From positions 1-38,839 of the forward strand of contig CAZMMZ010000010.1 of assembly GCA_964567575.1 (NCBI GenBank): a DNA stretch of 38,839 nt. Direction: 5' to 3'. The first letter of the stretch is position 1, and each line of letters begins with the position of its first letter. Origin of the DNA: Candidatus Undinarchaeota archaeon (lineage in GTDB: Archaea; Undinarchaeota; Undinarchaeia; Undinarchaeales; UBA543). The translations under genes were made by a program, and so were the position numbers. The notes beneath the pieces are model-generated. The model made no database searches and was not told the origin of the DNA. It saw nothing but the letters and a program-made list of their open reading frames with translations. Shown here in pieces: positions 24,673-34,377 of this stretch.

Positions 24673-25847
24673 GAAAAATAGCTATTGTTACAGGAACAAG
24701 AGGAGAATACGGGATTTATACATCTGTGTTAGATGCAATTGACGCGCATCCTGACATTGAATATGAATTAATTGTTACCTGCATGCACCTTTCTGAACAA
24801 TTTGGTCACACTATTGATGAAATTAGAAAAGATGGAAGAAAGATTGGAGCAGAAGTTGATATGCTAAAATATCCAGACACTTTGGCAGGAATGTCAAAAA
24901 ATGCTGGAGTAGCAATTATTGGAATGACTGAAGCCATAGAAAAGATAAAGCCAGATATTGTTCTTGTTCTTGGAGATCGGGACGAGCAACTTGCAGGAGC
25001 AATTGCAGGCGCTCACATGAACATACCAGTTGCACACTTGCATGGTGGGGAAATGACTGGAACATTACTTGATGAAAACATACGACATGCAATAACAAAA
25101 TATTCTCACATTCACTTACCAGCTACTAAAAGAAGCGCAGAATACATTGAAAGAATGGGAGAACCAAAAGAAAATATAATTCTAGTTGGAGCAGCTGGAG
25201 TAGATTCTGTTAAAAGGAAAGGCAAGATGTCAAGAGAAGAACTTGCAAAGCGTTTTGATTTTGATCCTAATAAAAGAATAATTCTTTCACTGCAATATCC
25301 AGTTACAACACAGTATGAAGAAATGAAACAACAAATGGAAGAGGTTATGGATGCTTTGTTAGAACTTAATGAACAAACAGTTTATGTTTATTCAAATTCT
25401 GATGCTGGCCACACTGAAATGATGGAAGTGTTAGAAGAAAAAGTAGGAGCAACAGAAAATAAAATTAAAATTTTCAAATCATTATCATATGAAGTTTATT
25501 TGAGTTTAATGAAAACTGCAGATGTAATGATGGGAAATTCTAGTAGCGGTGTTCTTGAAGCACCATCTTGTGAAACTCCTTATGTGCTTATAGGAACACG
25601 ACAACAAGGACGTGAACAAGCTGCAAGCATACAAGAGATTCCTTGCAAGAAAGAGGATATTCTAAAAGCAGTTGACAAGGCACTGAATGATGAAGAGTTC
25701 AAAGAAATCATAAAGACATGTGAAAAACCATATGATCCCTTCAATGATGATAACTCGGGAAAAAGAATTGCAGAAGCGCTTGCAACATTTGATATTGAAA
25801 AACCGGAATTACTTCAGAAAAAACTTACATACCCATACTTAAAATGA
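24669..25847 (+). CDS. neuC: Hydrolysing UDP-N-acetylhexosamine 2-epimerase (NeuC/LegG family)
   Basis: GTRGEYG, MHLSEQFG, LGDRDE, HLHGGE, DENIRHAITK, GNSSSG, GTRQQGRE. Confidence 0.93.
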   Translation: MRKIAIVTGTRGEYGIYTSVLDAIDAHPDIEYELIVTCMHLSEQFGHTIDEIRKDGRKIGAEVDMLKYPDTLAGMSKNAGVAIIGMTEAIEKIKPDIVLVLGDRDEQLAGAIAGAHMNIPVAHLHGGEMTGTLLDENIRHAITKYSHIHLPATKRSAEYIERMGEPKENIILVGAAGVDSVKRKGKMSREELAKRFDFDPNKRIILSLQYPVTTQYEEMKQQMEEVMDALLELNEQTVYVYSNSDAGHTEMMEVLEEKVGATENKIKIFKSLSYEVYLSLMKTADVMMGNSSSGVLEAPSCETPYVLIGTRQQGREQAASIQEIPCKKEDILKAVDKALNDEEFKEIIKTCEKPYDPFNDDNSGKRIAEALATFDIEKPELLQKKLTYPYLK

Positions 25848-26464
25848 AAAAAATAATTATAATTGGAGCAGGAACAGGCGGAAAAGTAATCGCCGAGATG
25901 TTGAAACAGCAAGGCAGAGAACTTGTTGGTTTTGTTGATGATAATAAAGAAGGAGAAGTAGATGGAATTAACATAATTGGAAAAACAGATAATCTTTCAG
26001 AACTTGATGCAGATTCTTTTGTTATTGGAATTGGAATGAATTTGAAAGCACGAGACTTAGTTTTCAAAAAAGCAATTGACGCTGGACTTGAACCAGTTAA
26101 TGTTATAGATGAAAAAGCAATTATTGACAAAACTGCAAAGATTGGAAAAGGTAACATCATATTAGCAGGAAGTGTTATCGGACACTTTGCAAAAATTGGA
26201 GATAATTGTTTTATTTTTAGCAATAGTATAATCGAGCATAACTGCGAATTAGGAAATAATGTTCAACTTGCACCAGGAGCAAGTCTTGCAGGCTCAATAA
26301 AAATTGGAGATAATACTTTGATTGGAATTGGTGCAAATATTATTGAAGAAATAAAAATTGGAGAGAATTCAATAGTAGGCGCTGGTGCTGTTGTACTCAA
26401 TGATGTTCCAGATAATACAGTTGTTGCAGGAGTTCCTGCAAAAGAATTAAGAAAAAATGAGTGA
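25844..26464 (+). CDS. Hexapeptide-repeat acetyltransferase (NeuD/PglD/LegH family)
   Basis: IIGAGTGG, GFVDD, left-handed beta-helix repeats, IEHNC, VVAGVPAK. Confidence 0.92.
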   Translation: MKKIIIIGAGTGGKVIAEMLKQQGRELVGFVDDNKEGEVDGINIIGKTDNLSELDADSFVIGIGMNLKARDLVFKKAIDAGLEPVNVIDEKAIIDKTAKIGKGNIILAGSVIGHFAKIGDNCFIFSNSIIEHNCELGNNVQLAPGASLAGSIKIGDNTLIGIGANIIEEIKIGENSIVGAGAVVLNDVPDNTVVAGVPAKELRKNE

Positions 26465-27305
26465 AGAAACAAAACTAATGGAGGGAAGACTGTTGTCAAA
26501 AAAGATACTGGAAAGTCTAAAAGAGAAAATACAAGGATTTGAATCAAAACCTATTCTTTCTATTATTTTGTGTGGAGAGGATAAGGATTCTGTACTTTAT
26601 ACTAATATCAAAAAGAAAAGAGGAGAGGAAATAGGAATGCAAGTAGATATCCATAAAGTTTCTTCAGATGTAACACAAGAAAAATTAATTGAAACAATAA
26701 AAGAACTGAACAAAACATCAACTGGATTAATTGTTCAACTCCCACTCCCTTCAGAAATTAATGCAAATGAAATAGTAGAAGCAATTGATCCTGACAAAGA
26801 TGTTGATGGATTAACACCACTGAATTTTGGAAAAACCTTAACTGAAAAAGAAGAATTAGCATCAGCAACTCCAAAAGGAATTATCAAACTTTTAGAAGAA
26901 TATAATATTGAAATTAAAGGAAAAGAAGTAACAATTGTAAATAATAGTAACATTATTGGAAAACCACTAGCAATCATGATGGCTAATCGAGGAGCTACAG
27001 TTACAATTTGTCATAGTAAAACCAAAGACCTTGCTAAAAACACAAAGAATGCTGACATACTGATTACAGGTGTTGGAAAACCTGGATTAATAACTGGAGA
27101 TATGATAAAAGAAGATGCAGTTGTAATTGATGCTGGAATCGCTGAAAACGATGGGAAATGGAAAGGAGATGTTACTTTTGATGAAGTTAAAGAAAAAGTA
27201 AGTTACATTACACCAGTTCCTGGTGGAGTTGGTCCAATGACAGTTGCAATGCTTTTAGAAAATGTAGTAATTGCTTATGAACTTCAAAGGAATAAAAATG
27301 AATAA
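26457..27305 (+). CDS. folD: Bifunctional methylenetetrahydrofolate dehydrogenase/cyclohydrolase
   Basis: YTNIK (YxxxK), GLIVQLPLP, KDVDG, ATPKG, TICHSKT, IDAG, ITPVPGGVGPMT. Confidence 0.95.
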   Translation: MSEETKLMEGRLLSKKILESLKEKIQGFESKPILSIILCGEDKDSVLYTNIKKKRGEEIGMQVDIHKVSSDVTQEKLIETIKELNKTSTGLIVQLPLPSEINANEIVEAIDPDKDVDGLTPLNFGKTLTEKEELASATPKGIIKLLEEYNIEIKGKEVTIVNNSNIIGKPLAIMMANRGATVTICHSKTKDLAKNTKNADILITGVGKPGLITGDMIKEDAVVIDAGIAENDGKWKGDVTFDEVKEKVSYITPVPGGVGPMTVAMLLENVVIAYELQRNKNE

Positions 27306-28422
27306 GATACCACTTGCAAAACCGTATGTAGGCGATGAAGAAATCGCAGCAGTAACTGAAGTAATAAAATCAGGAATGTTAAGTCTTGGACCTAAACTAA
27401 AAGAATTTGAAACAAATTTTGCGCAACTGGTTGGAACAAAACATGCAATTGCTGTAAACTCTGGAACAAGCGGACTTCATCTTTGCCTTAAAGCAATTGG
27501 AATAAAACCAGGTGATGAAGTAATCACAGCGTCATTCTCTTTTGTTGCATCTTCAAACCCAATTATTTTCGAAGGAGCTACACCTATTTTTGTTGATATT
27601 GATGAAAAAACATACAACATGGATCCAGAGAAATTAAAGCAAGCAATTACAGAAAAAACAAAAGCAATTATTCCAGTTCACATGTTTGGACAACCATGTA
27701 ATATGGATGCAATTATGGAAATTGCTAATGAAAAAAACATCCCAGTTATAGAAGATGCTTGCGAAGCTCTTGAAGCAACATGGGATGGAAAGAAAGCTGG
27801 AACTTTTGGAAACTCAGCTGTTGTTGCATTTTATCCAAACAAACAAATGACAACAGGCGAAGGTGGAATAATTTTAACAGATGATGATAATGTTGCAGAA
27901 TTGTGTAAAAGCTATAGGAATCAAGGAAGAGATGAAAGTGGACAATGGCTTAACCACATTCGTATTGGATATAATTATCGGCTTGATGAAATGAGCTGTG
28001 CAATGGGTGTTGAACAACTGAAAAAAGTGGATTTCATAATAAATAAAAGGAAGGAAATTGCCGCTAAATATACAAAGAAACTGGAAGGAATAGAAGGTAT
28101 AATACTACCATATGTAGATCCAAAAGCAGATTCAACATGGTTCGTATATTCACTAAGAACTGCTGAGGGAATTAACAGAAACAAAATGGTTGAGTACCTA
28201 AATGAAAATGGGGTTGGATCAAAAGCCTACTTCTACCCACCAATTCACTTGCAACCAATTTACAAAGAAATGTTTGGTTCCAATGAAGGGGATTTCCCAG
28301 TTACAGAAAAAATAAGCAACACAGCTTTCATACTTCCGTTCTTCACAGAACTAACAGACGAACAAATAAACACTGTTTGCTCTGTTGTGGAAGAAGCAGT
28401 GAGGAAATGTAAAAATGACTGA
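27298..28422 (+). CDS. DegT/DnrJ/EryC1/StrS family sugar aminotransferase (LegC/PglE-like)
   Basis: NSGTSGLHL, AIIPVHMFG, IEDACEA, PLP-lysine motif FYPNKQMTTGEGG, GYNYR. Likely start is ATG 27298. Confidence 0.93.
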   Translation: MNKIPLAKPYVGDEEIAAVTEVIKSGMLSLGPKLKEFETNFAQLVGTKHAIAVNSGTSGLHLCLKAIGIKPGDEVITASFSFVASSNPIIFEGATPIFVDIDEKTYNMDPEKLKQAITEKTKAIIPVHMFGQPCNMDAIMEIANEKNIPVIEDACEALEATWDGKKAGTFGNSAVVAFYPNKQMTTGEGGIILTDDDNVAELCKSYRNQGRDESGQWLNHIRIGYNYRLDEMSCAMGVEQLKKVDFIINKRKEIAAKYTKKLEGIEGIILPYVDPKADSTWFVYSLRTAEGINRNKMVEYLNENGVGSKAYFYPPIHLQPIYKEMFGSNEGDFPVTEKISNTAFILPFFTELTDEQINTVCSVVEEAVRKCKND

Positions 28423-29443
28423 AACAGACTACAAAGGTAAAAGAATACTAATAACTGGCGGAACTGGATCCGTTGGAATGGCTCTTGCAAAGAAACTTGT
28501 TGAGAAGGGCGCTATTGATATTAGAATTTTAGATAATAATGAAAACGGACTTTTCAATGCAATGCAAGAATTAAAATCAGGTGGCCCTGTCAAATTCTTT
28601 GTTGGAGATGTAAAAGATAAAGAAAGAATTAGACGTGCTATGAATGGGGTTGATATTGTATTCCATTTAGCTGCATTGAAACATGTTTGGATCTGTGAAT
28701 ATAATCCATTTGAAGCTGTGAAATCAAATATTCAAGGAATTCAAAATGTTATAGATGTTGCAATGGAAGAAAATGTTGAAAAATTTATTTTCACAAGCAG
28801 TGACAAAGCAGTGAATCCAAGTAATGTTATGGGAACAACAAAACTTATGGGTGAAAAACTAACAACTGCTGCAGATTATTCCAGAGGACATACAAAAACT
28901 ATTTTCCTTTCAGTTAGATTTGGAAATATCCTTGGTTCAAGTGGTTCAGTTATACCAATTTTCCAAGAGCAAATCAAAAATAAAAAACCAGTAACTGTAA
29001 CTGATCCAAAGATGACACGGTTTGTTATATCCATGGATCAAGCTACAAACCTGATATTCAAAGCTGCAGACATTGCAAAGGGTGGAGAAGTTTTCATTTT
29101 GAAAATGGATTCAATTAATATCAAAGATCTTGCAGAAACAATGGTACAAGATATAACTTCAGGTAATGGGACAAAACCTGAAGAAATTGAAATTACAATC
29201 AATGAAGGTGGACCTGGAGAGAAATACCATGAAGACCTTATGACAGAGCAGGAGAATACTAGAGTTATGGAAACAGATGACATGTTTATTATAATTCCAG
29301 AAATAAAAGGGTTAGGAGAAACTGATACGTATGAATATGCAAATGCACAAAAATCAGATAAGAAATGCTACAACTCAGGAGACGTTACGCTGTTGTCAAA
29401 AGAAGAAATAAGCAAACTACTCAAAGAGGAAAAATTGATATGA
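28415..29443 (+). CDS. UDP-N-acetylglucosamine 4,6-dehydratase (PglF/CapD-type catalytic domain, soluble)
   Basis: GGTGSVG, AALKHV, SDKAVNPSNVMGTTK (MxxxK), VRFGNILGSSGSV, MTRF, PGEKYHE. Confidence 0.9.
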   Translation: MTETDYKGKRILITGGTGSVGMALAKKLVEKGAIDIRILDNNENGLFNAMQELKSGGPVKFFVGDVKDKERIRRAMNGVDIVFHLAALKHVWICEYNPFEAVKSNIQGIQNVIDVAMEENVEKFIFTSSDKAVNPSNVMGTTKLMGEKLTTAADYSRGHTKTIFLSVRFGNILGSSGSVIPIFQEQIKNKKPVTVTDPKMTRFVISMDQATNLIFKAADIAKGGEVFILKMDSINIKDLAETMVQDITSGNGTKPEEIEITINEGGPGEKYHEDLMTEQENTRVMETDDMFIIIPEIKGLGETDTYEYANAQKSDKKCYNSGDVTLLSKEEISKLLKEEKLI

Positions 29444-30372
29444 ATGTTCTTGTAACTGGTGGAGCTGGTTTTATTGGAAGGTGGGTTGTTAAAAAACTAC
29501 TTGATCGTGGAGATGAGGTTTTAGTTCTAGATGATTTATCAAATGGGCAAGAAGAAAACCTTGAAGAATTCAAAGGAAATAAAAATTTTAAAGGACTTGT
29601 GAAAGGAGATATTACAAACAAATCCGATATTGAAAAAGCATTTGAATTTTCACCAGAGTTGTGTATACACGCAGCAGCTCAGATAAATGTTCAAGATTCA
29701 ATTGACAATCCTGAAAAGAACAATCGTATAAACATAGAAGGAACTCTTAATATTTTAGATGAGGCAGTTAAACATCAAACAAAAGTTTGTTTGATTGGAA
29801 CTTGTATGGTTTATGACACAAGTGGAGAAAAACCAATAGGAGAGAACCATCCAATTAATACAGCATCACCTTATGCAGAATCAAAAGTACGAGCAGAAGA
29901 AGCTGCATTAGAATACTACAAAACACAGAATTTACCAGTAGTTGTTCTAAGACCATTCAATACTTACGGACCTTTCCAAAAAACGAATATGGAAGGGGGG
30001 GTTGTTTCAATCTTCCTAAATAAAGAACTCGATAATGAGGTTCTGAGTATTTACGGAGACGGCACACAGACCCGAGACTTATTGTATGTTGAAGATTGTG
30101 CTGATTTTATAATCAATGGTGCTTTTTCTGAAAAAGCTGTTGGCGAAGTAATTAATGCAGGAACTGGTAGCGATATTAGTGTAAATGACTTAGCCAAGAA
30201 GATTTGCAAAGACGAGAACAGAATAAAGCATATTGAACATCACCATCCGCAAGCAGAGATACAAAAACTAGTATGCGATCCTTCAAAAGCGACAAACCTT
30301 TTAGGATGGAAACCAAAAGTATCACTTGAGGAGGGGATTGAAAAAACCAAGGAATGGATAAAAAAAGAATAA
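29440..30372 (+). CDS. NAD-dependent epimerase/dehydratase (extended SDR)
   Basis: VTGGAGFIG, HAAAQINVQDS, GTCMVY, YAESK, LRPFNTYGP, QTRDLLYVED. Likely start is ATG 29440. Confidence 0.92.
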   Translation: MNVLVTGGAGFIGRWVVKKLLDRGDEVLVLDDLSNGQEENLEEFKGNKNFKGLVKGDITNKSDIEKAFEFSPELCIHAAAQINVQDSIDNPEKNNRINIEGTLNILDEAVKHQTKVCLIGTCMVYDTSGEKPIGENHPINTASPYAESKVRAEEAALEYYKTQNLPVVVLRPFNTYGPFQKTNMEGGVVSIFLNKELDNEVLSIYGDGTQTRDLLYVEDCADFIINGAFSEKAVGEVINAGTGSDISVNDLAKKICKDENRIKHIEHHHPQAEIQKLVCDPSKATNLLGWKPKVSLEEGIEKTKEWIKKE

Positions 30373-31823
30373 TAGGTTTGCAGATTATATTTTCTTATTT
30401 AATGCTAGGTCTGCAAATAGTAACAGCGCCAATCCTCATAGTATTACTAACTAAATTTTTAACAGTAGCAGAGTATGGTGTTTTTTCTTTGTTTACTGCT
30501 TTTGTTTCAATAAGTTTCTTACTTTTACAATTTGGAATATTCCAGTATTTTTTAACAAAGATACCTGGAAAAGAAAGAGATGATAGACTTAATACATTCT
30601 TACCAATTATTATAATTCACACTATATTCCTTGTAATAATTTTCAGCTTATTTTATTTCAGCAAACTATCAAATATTTTCTTAACTTTTAATAATCTTAC
30701 AGCTTATTCAAAAGAATTTTCTCTTTGTTTGGTTTTAGTAGTATTCTATACAACAAGTAAACTCTTTGATGCATATTTCCAAGCAAAAAAGAAAATCAAT
30801 ACTGCAAATTTTATAGATTTTGTTAGAAACAAAGGATGGGTTGTTCTGATTCCAATTTTGATTTTCTTGAATAAAGTAACATTATTCAATATCCTGTTGG
30901 TTTGGGGAATTGGCATCTTTTTGATATTAGTATTCTATGGCACGAGCTTGCTTGGAGAACTCAAAAAAGTAACTGCATTAAAATTCAATTTTGATCCTAT
31001 ACGCAAAGCAATAAAATTTGGATTGCCATTAATAGCTACTAGTTTGTTTGGATGGATAATTTCCTCAAGTGACAGATACATTTTGAATTACTACATAGAT
31101 ACTGCTTCTGTAGGAATCTATAACTTAGCTTATTCAATAGTTGGCATCATCTTTACAGTTGGAGTGGCAGGAAGCATAGTGGTTATGCCATACTTTGCAG
31201 AAGAATGGAATAAAAAAGGAGATTATAATTGGTTACTGAATTTCTCATTGAAATATGGTTTATGTATTGTATTGCCAGGGATAATTGCAATATCTTTCTT
31301 ACGAGAAGAAGTAATTCTTTTAATTTCAAATATAAATTACATGGCAGCAGCACCAATAATACCGATATTAGCTATCTTCCCTCTCTTTGCATTATTAAAT
31401 GCAATTTTCCAACAACCATTGTTAGTATCAGACAAAACAAAAAAGATTGCAGGAGTATATTTTGTAGGGGCTATTTTGAACGCAGCACTGAATTTAATGT
31501 TAATTCCTAAATATGGAATAAAAAGCGCGGCAATAACTACAGGAATAAGTTATTTCGCAATGGCAGTATTAACAATAATATTTACACGCAAACTAGTAAA
31601 AATTGACTTTGGATTTTTGAGATTAGGTAGAGTGCTTGGTTCAGGAATAGTGATGGGTTTTGTTATATGGCAATTGAAAATATTTTTGAATTTGCATTTA
31701 CTTGTTTTGGTTGGTGTTGGAGGCTTAGTGTACTTAGCACTGTTGTTTGTAACAAGAGCCGTTGAAGTAGAAGAAATAAAAGAAGTTTTGAAAAGGAAAA
31801 AAGAAGATCAAGTAGTGCTATAA
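30354..31823 (+). CDS. Wzx/MurJ-like (PST/MOP) oligosaccharide flippase
   Basis: Strongly hydrophobic multi-pass protein, EYGVFSL, DRYILNYY...VGIYNLAY, NLMLIPKYGIKSAA. Confidence 0.88.
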   Translation: MDKKRIIGLQIIFSYLMLGLQIVTAPILIVLLTKFLTVAEYGVFSLFTAFVSISFLLLQFGIFQYFLTKIPGKERDDRLNTFLPIIIIHTIFLVIIFSLFYFSKLSNIFLTFNNLTAYSKEFSLCLVLVVFYTTSKLFDAYFQAKKKINTANFIDFVRNKGWVVLIPILIFLNKVTLFNILLVWGIGIFLILVFYGTSLLGELKKVTALKFNFDPIRKAIKFGLPLIATSLFGWIISSSDRYILNYYIDTASVGIYNLAYSIVGIIFTVGVAGSIVVMPYFAEEWNKKGDYNWLLNFSLKYGLCIVLPGIIAISFLREEVILLISNINYMAAAPIIPILAIFPLFALLNAIFQQPLLVSDKTKKIAGVYFVGAILNAALNLMLIPKYGIKSAAITTGISYFAMAVLTIIFTRKLVKIDFGFLRLGRVLGSGIVMGFVIWQLKIFLNLHLLVLVGVGGLVYLALLFVTRAVEVEEIKEVLKRKKEDQVVL

Positions 31824-33403
31824 GTTAAAACAAAAAGATCTGTTATTTTTTCACCATGAGACATAAAGGAAGATGATGTGTCACTTACAAAAGTTAGTTC
31901 ATCAGATAAACATTCTTTAAATGGTGAGACGTCTTGATTATCTAATGCATCTCTATGAAGTATAACTGAAATTTTATCAACATTAGAAGGAATTTTGTTT
32001 AAGAAAGAGCAATCATTCAAAGGTTTCATACCCTCATCTGTATAATCCTTAAAGGATATGAGCTCTGAATTAGGAACAACACCTGGTAAAAGATAATATT
32101 TAGAATCCCCTGTGTAGCTATAGTCCAGATTAAAAACATAAACAGCTGGATATATGAGAATAATACTATCCTCATCATCAACTATAGATTCTGAAACAGC
32201 TTCCCAATTTTCCCAATCAGGTCTTTCATTATAATAGGAATAAAGAGAAACTGAATTGAATAACAGAATTAAAATAACAAAAAGCAAAATGATGTTACGT
32301 GGAGAAAATATTTTTGAGAATTTATCAAAGCGTTTAGAGAAAAGAACTATTCCAACAGATATTAAAATATAAAGTAACGGTGAAATAAAAAGAATAAATC
32401 GAGCATAGATGTGTGGTGGTATTATTTTAAAAAACCAAAGAAAAGAAAAGATAAGTGTTGGAACAGAAATTAAAATACATAAGAAAGAAGCGCGACTATC
32501 TTTTATTTTCTTCAGTACTGAAGAGAATGTTATAAAAAAAGTACAGCAGATAAGAGCAAATAATAAAATAAAGAAAGGACTTGAGAAATTTACCTTAAGA
32601 TAACCAGCACTTAGGTGATAAAACATTAATCCAACTCGAACAAATATATTATTGATATTCAAACCAAAACCAAGATCGTGCAGCGGTTCACTTGCTAATG
32701 CTTCCTGTTCTATATTAGTTTTAATAGACATTTGGCCATAAAACATTGGAACAAGTGGTAGAACTAAAACTCCAACTAAAATAAAAAGAAGAAATGTCCT
32801 TAAGAAAATTTGTTTATATTTTTTATAAAAAACTAAAAGGAAAATAAATTCAGCAAGAATTATTAAAAAAGAATAATAATGAAGATACATGCAAATCGCA
32901 GATAAACCTATCCAGAACGCACCGGTTTTCTTAGAAGGTGTATCAAGATAAGAAATGAAATAATAAAGTGATAATGTAACAAAAAAAGTAAGAATACTAT
33001 ATTGTTTGAGTGTTTGAGCATATCTAATATTTGCTTGAGACATTGCAAATATGAAAGAACTCATTAAACCAATTTTATCATTAAATAATTTTTTCCCAAG
33101 TAGAAAACCAATAGGAATCGTAGCTATACTAAAAAGACATGGAAGAAGTCTAAGGAAAAATTTACTAATTCCCCCTATTTTTATCCAGACATTTAAGAGT
33201 AGATAATATAAAGGCGGATGCACATCTCCACTTATTGAATCCCAATAATGTGAAACAGTATCTCCTGCTACAAAAATTGCTCCCCCTTCATCACCGCGAA
33301 TACTTCCAGCACTTAATTGAAAAACACGAAACGCAGAACCAATAAGAATGAAAATTAGTATTAATTGAAAATTCCGATTTTTGATAATACTTTTGAAATT
33401 CAT
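31808..33403 (-). CDS. GT-C fold membrane glycosyltransferase (GT39/PMT_2/ArnT-like)
   Basis: RVFQL..SIRGDEG, DVHPPLYYLLL, LRLLPCLFS, HYYSFLII, many TM helices, soluble C-terminal domain. Likely start is ATG 33403. Confidence 0.82.
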   Translation of the reverse strand: MNFKSIIKNRNFQLILIFILIGSAFRVFQLSAGSIRGDEGGAIFVAGDTVSHYWDSISGDVHPPLYYLLLNVWIKIGGISKFFLRLLPCLFSIATIPIGFLLGKKLFNDKIGLMSSFIFAMSQANIRYAQTLKQYSILTFFVTLSLYYFISYLDTPSKKTGAFWIGLSAICMYLHYYSFLIILAEFIFLLVFYKKYKQIFLRTFLLFILVGVLVLPLVPMFYGQMSIKTNIEQEALASEPLHDLGFGLNINNIFVRVGLMFYHLSAGYLKVNFSSPFFILLFALICCTFFITFSSVLKKIKDSRASFLCILISVPTLIFSFLWFFKIIPPHIYARFILFISPLLYILISVGIVLFSKRFDKFSKIFSPRNIILLFVILILLFNSVSLYSYYNERPDWENWEAVSESIVDDEDSIILIYPAVYVFNLDYSYTGDSKYYLLPGVVPNSELISFKDYTDEGMKPLNDCSFLNKIPSNVDKISVILHRDALDNQDVSPFKECLSDELTFVSDTSSSFMSHGEKITDLFVLTYSTT

Positions 33404-33404
33404 A

Positions 33405-34376
33405 TTAATCCCTAGCTGAGAGTAAGAACTCATTCTCTAGTAAGAATTTTGTAGTTTTGGCAATCCCTTCTTCAATTGTAACTTCCGGTTTCCAATTGAG
33501 TCCTCGGATTTTGTCAGTTGCAAGTTGAACCGTTGGTGCATCGCCAATCCATCCTTTTGCTCCACCAGTAAAGTTGAAGGTTACATCTGTTAAACCCATT
33601 TCTTTGATTATAATATTAGCAACATCTTTGACATTCATGTACTCAACATTACCAAGGTTGAAGATGTTTACTTTTTCATCTGCTTTTTCAATAGCAGTCA
33701 ACATAGCATTAACGCAATCTCCAATATACAAATAAGATTTCTTTTGCTCGCCATCTCCAAGAATCTCAAGCTCTTTTGGATTTTTCTTTAACTTTTTTAC
33801 AAAATCAAAAACAACTCCATGAGTATATCGCTCTCCAATTAAAGAAACAAATCGGAAAATCCATGATTTCATTTCAAATGCTTCGCAGAAAGCTTGGATC
33901 ATTGCTTCGCCTGCAAGTTTTGAAGCACCATACATTGAAGTTTGAATTGGACAATAATCTTCTGGTGTTGGATAAACAGTTGGTTCTCCATACATTGCAG
34001 AAGTTGAGGAAAATGCAATACCCTTTACATTATTCAACCGCATTGCTTCCAGAACATTCCAAGTACCAATTGTATTTTGTTCCAAATCAATTCGAGTATT
34101 AGTAATACCACCTCGAACATCAGCATTAGCTGATAAATGGAATACAAAATCGTGACCTTGCATAGCAGTCTTCAATGCATCTAAATCACAAATATCTCCA
34201 TTAACAAAATTAAACTTAGAATTTTCTTTTGCGTTTTTCAAAAAAACATCTTGACCGGTTTTCAAATTATCATAAACAGTAACTTCACAGCCAAGCTCTA
34301 ACAATTTGTCAGAAAGATGACTACCAACGAATCCGGCTCCGCCAGTTATGAAAACTTTTTTCTTAATTATATCCAT
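33405..34376 (-). CDS. NAD-dependent nucleotide-sugar epimerase (extended SDR)
   Basis: ITGGAGFVG, FHLSANADVR, SSTSAMYG, YGASK, GDGEQKKSYL. Likely start is ATG 34376. Confidence 0.92.
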   Translation of the reverse strand: MDIIKKKVFITGGAGFVGSHLSDKLLELGCEVTVYDNLKTGQDVFLKNAKENSKFNFVNGDICDLDALKTAMQGHDFVFHLSANADVRGGITNTRIDLEQNTIGTWNVLEAMRLNNVKGIAFSSTSAMYGEPTVYPTPEDYCPIQTSMYGASKLAGEAMIQAFCEAFEMKSWIFRFVSLIGERYTHGVVFDFVKKLKKNPKELEILGDGEQKKSYLYIGDCVNAMLTAIEKADEKVNIFNLGNVEYMNVKDVANIIIKEMGLTDVTFNFTGGAKGWIGDAPTVQLATDKIRGLNWKPEVTIEEGIAKTTKFLLENEFLLSARD

Positions 34377-34377
34377 T

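Noticed and set aside
21342-29443. Pseudaminic acid or plain sialic acid pathway
   Set aside because: The hydrolysing NeuC-type epimerase together with dehydratase, aminotransferase and hexapeptide acetyltransferase matches the legionaminate route, and no PseG/PseH is seen. MxxxK alone is not decisive because CapE-type inverting enzymes share it.
30354-33403. Very AT-rich stretch in the flippase and GT-C genes (hand count 21 G+C in 120 nt at 32761-32880) as a sign of recent transfer
   Set aside because: It can be explained by Phe/Ile/Leu/Lys-rich membrane-protein composition. A sliding-window GC and codon-usage analysis would be needed.
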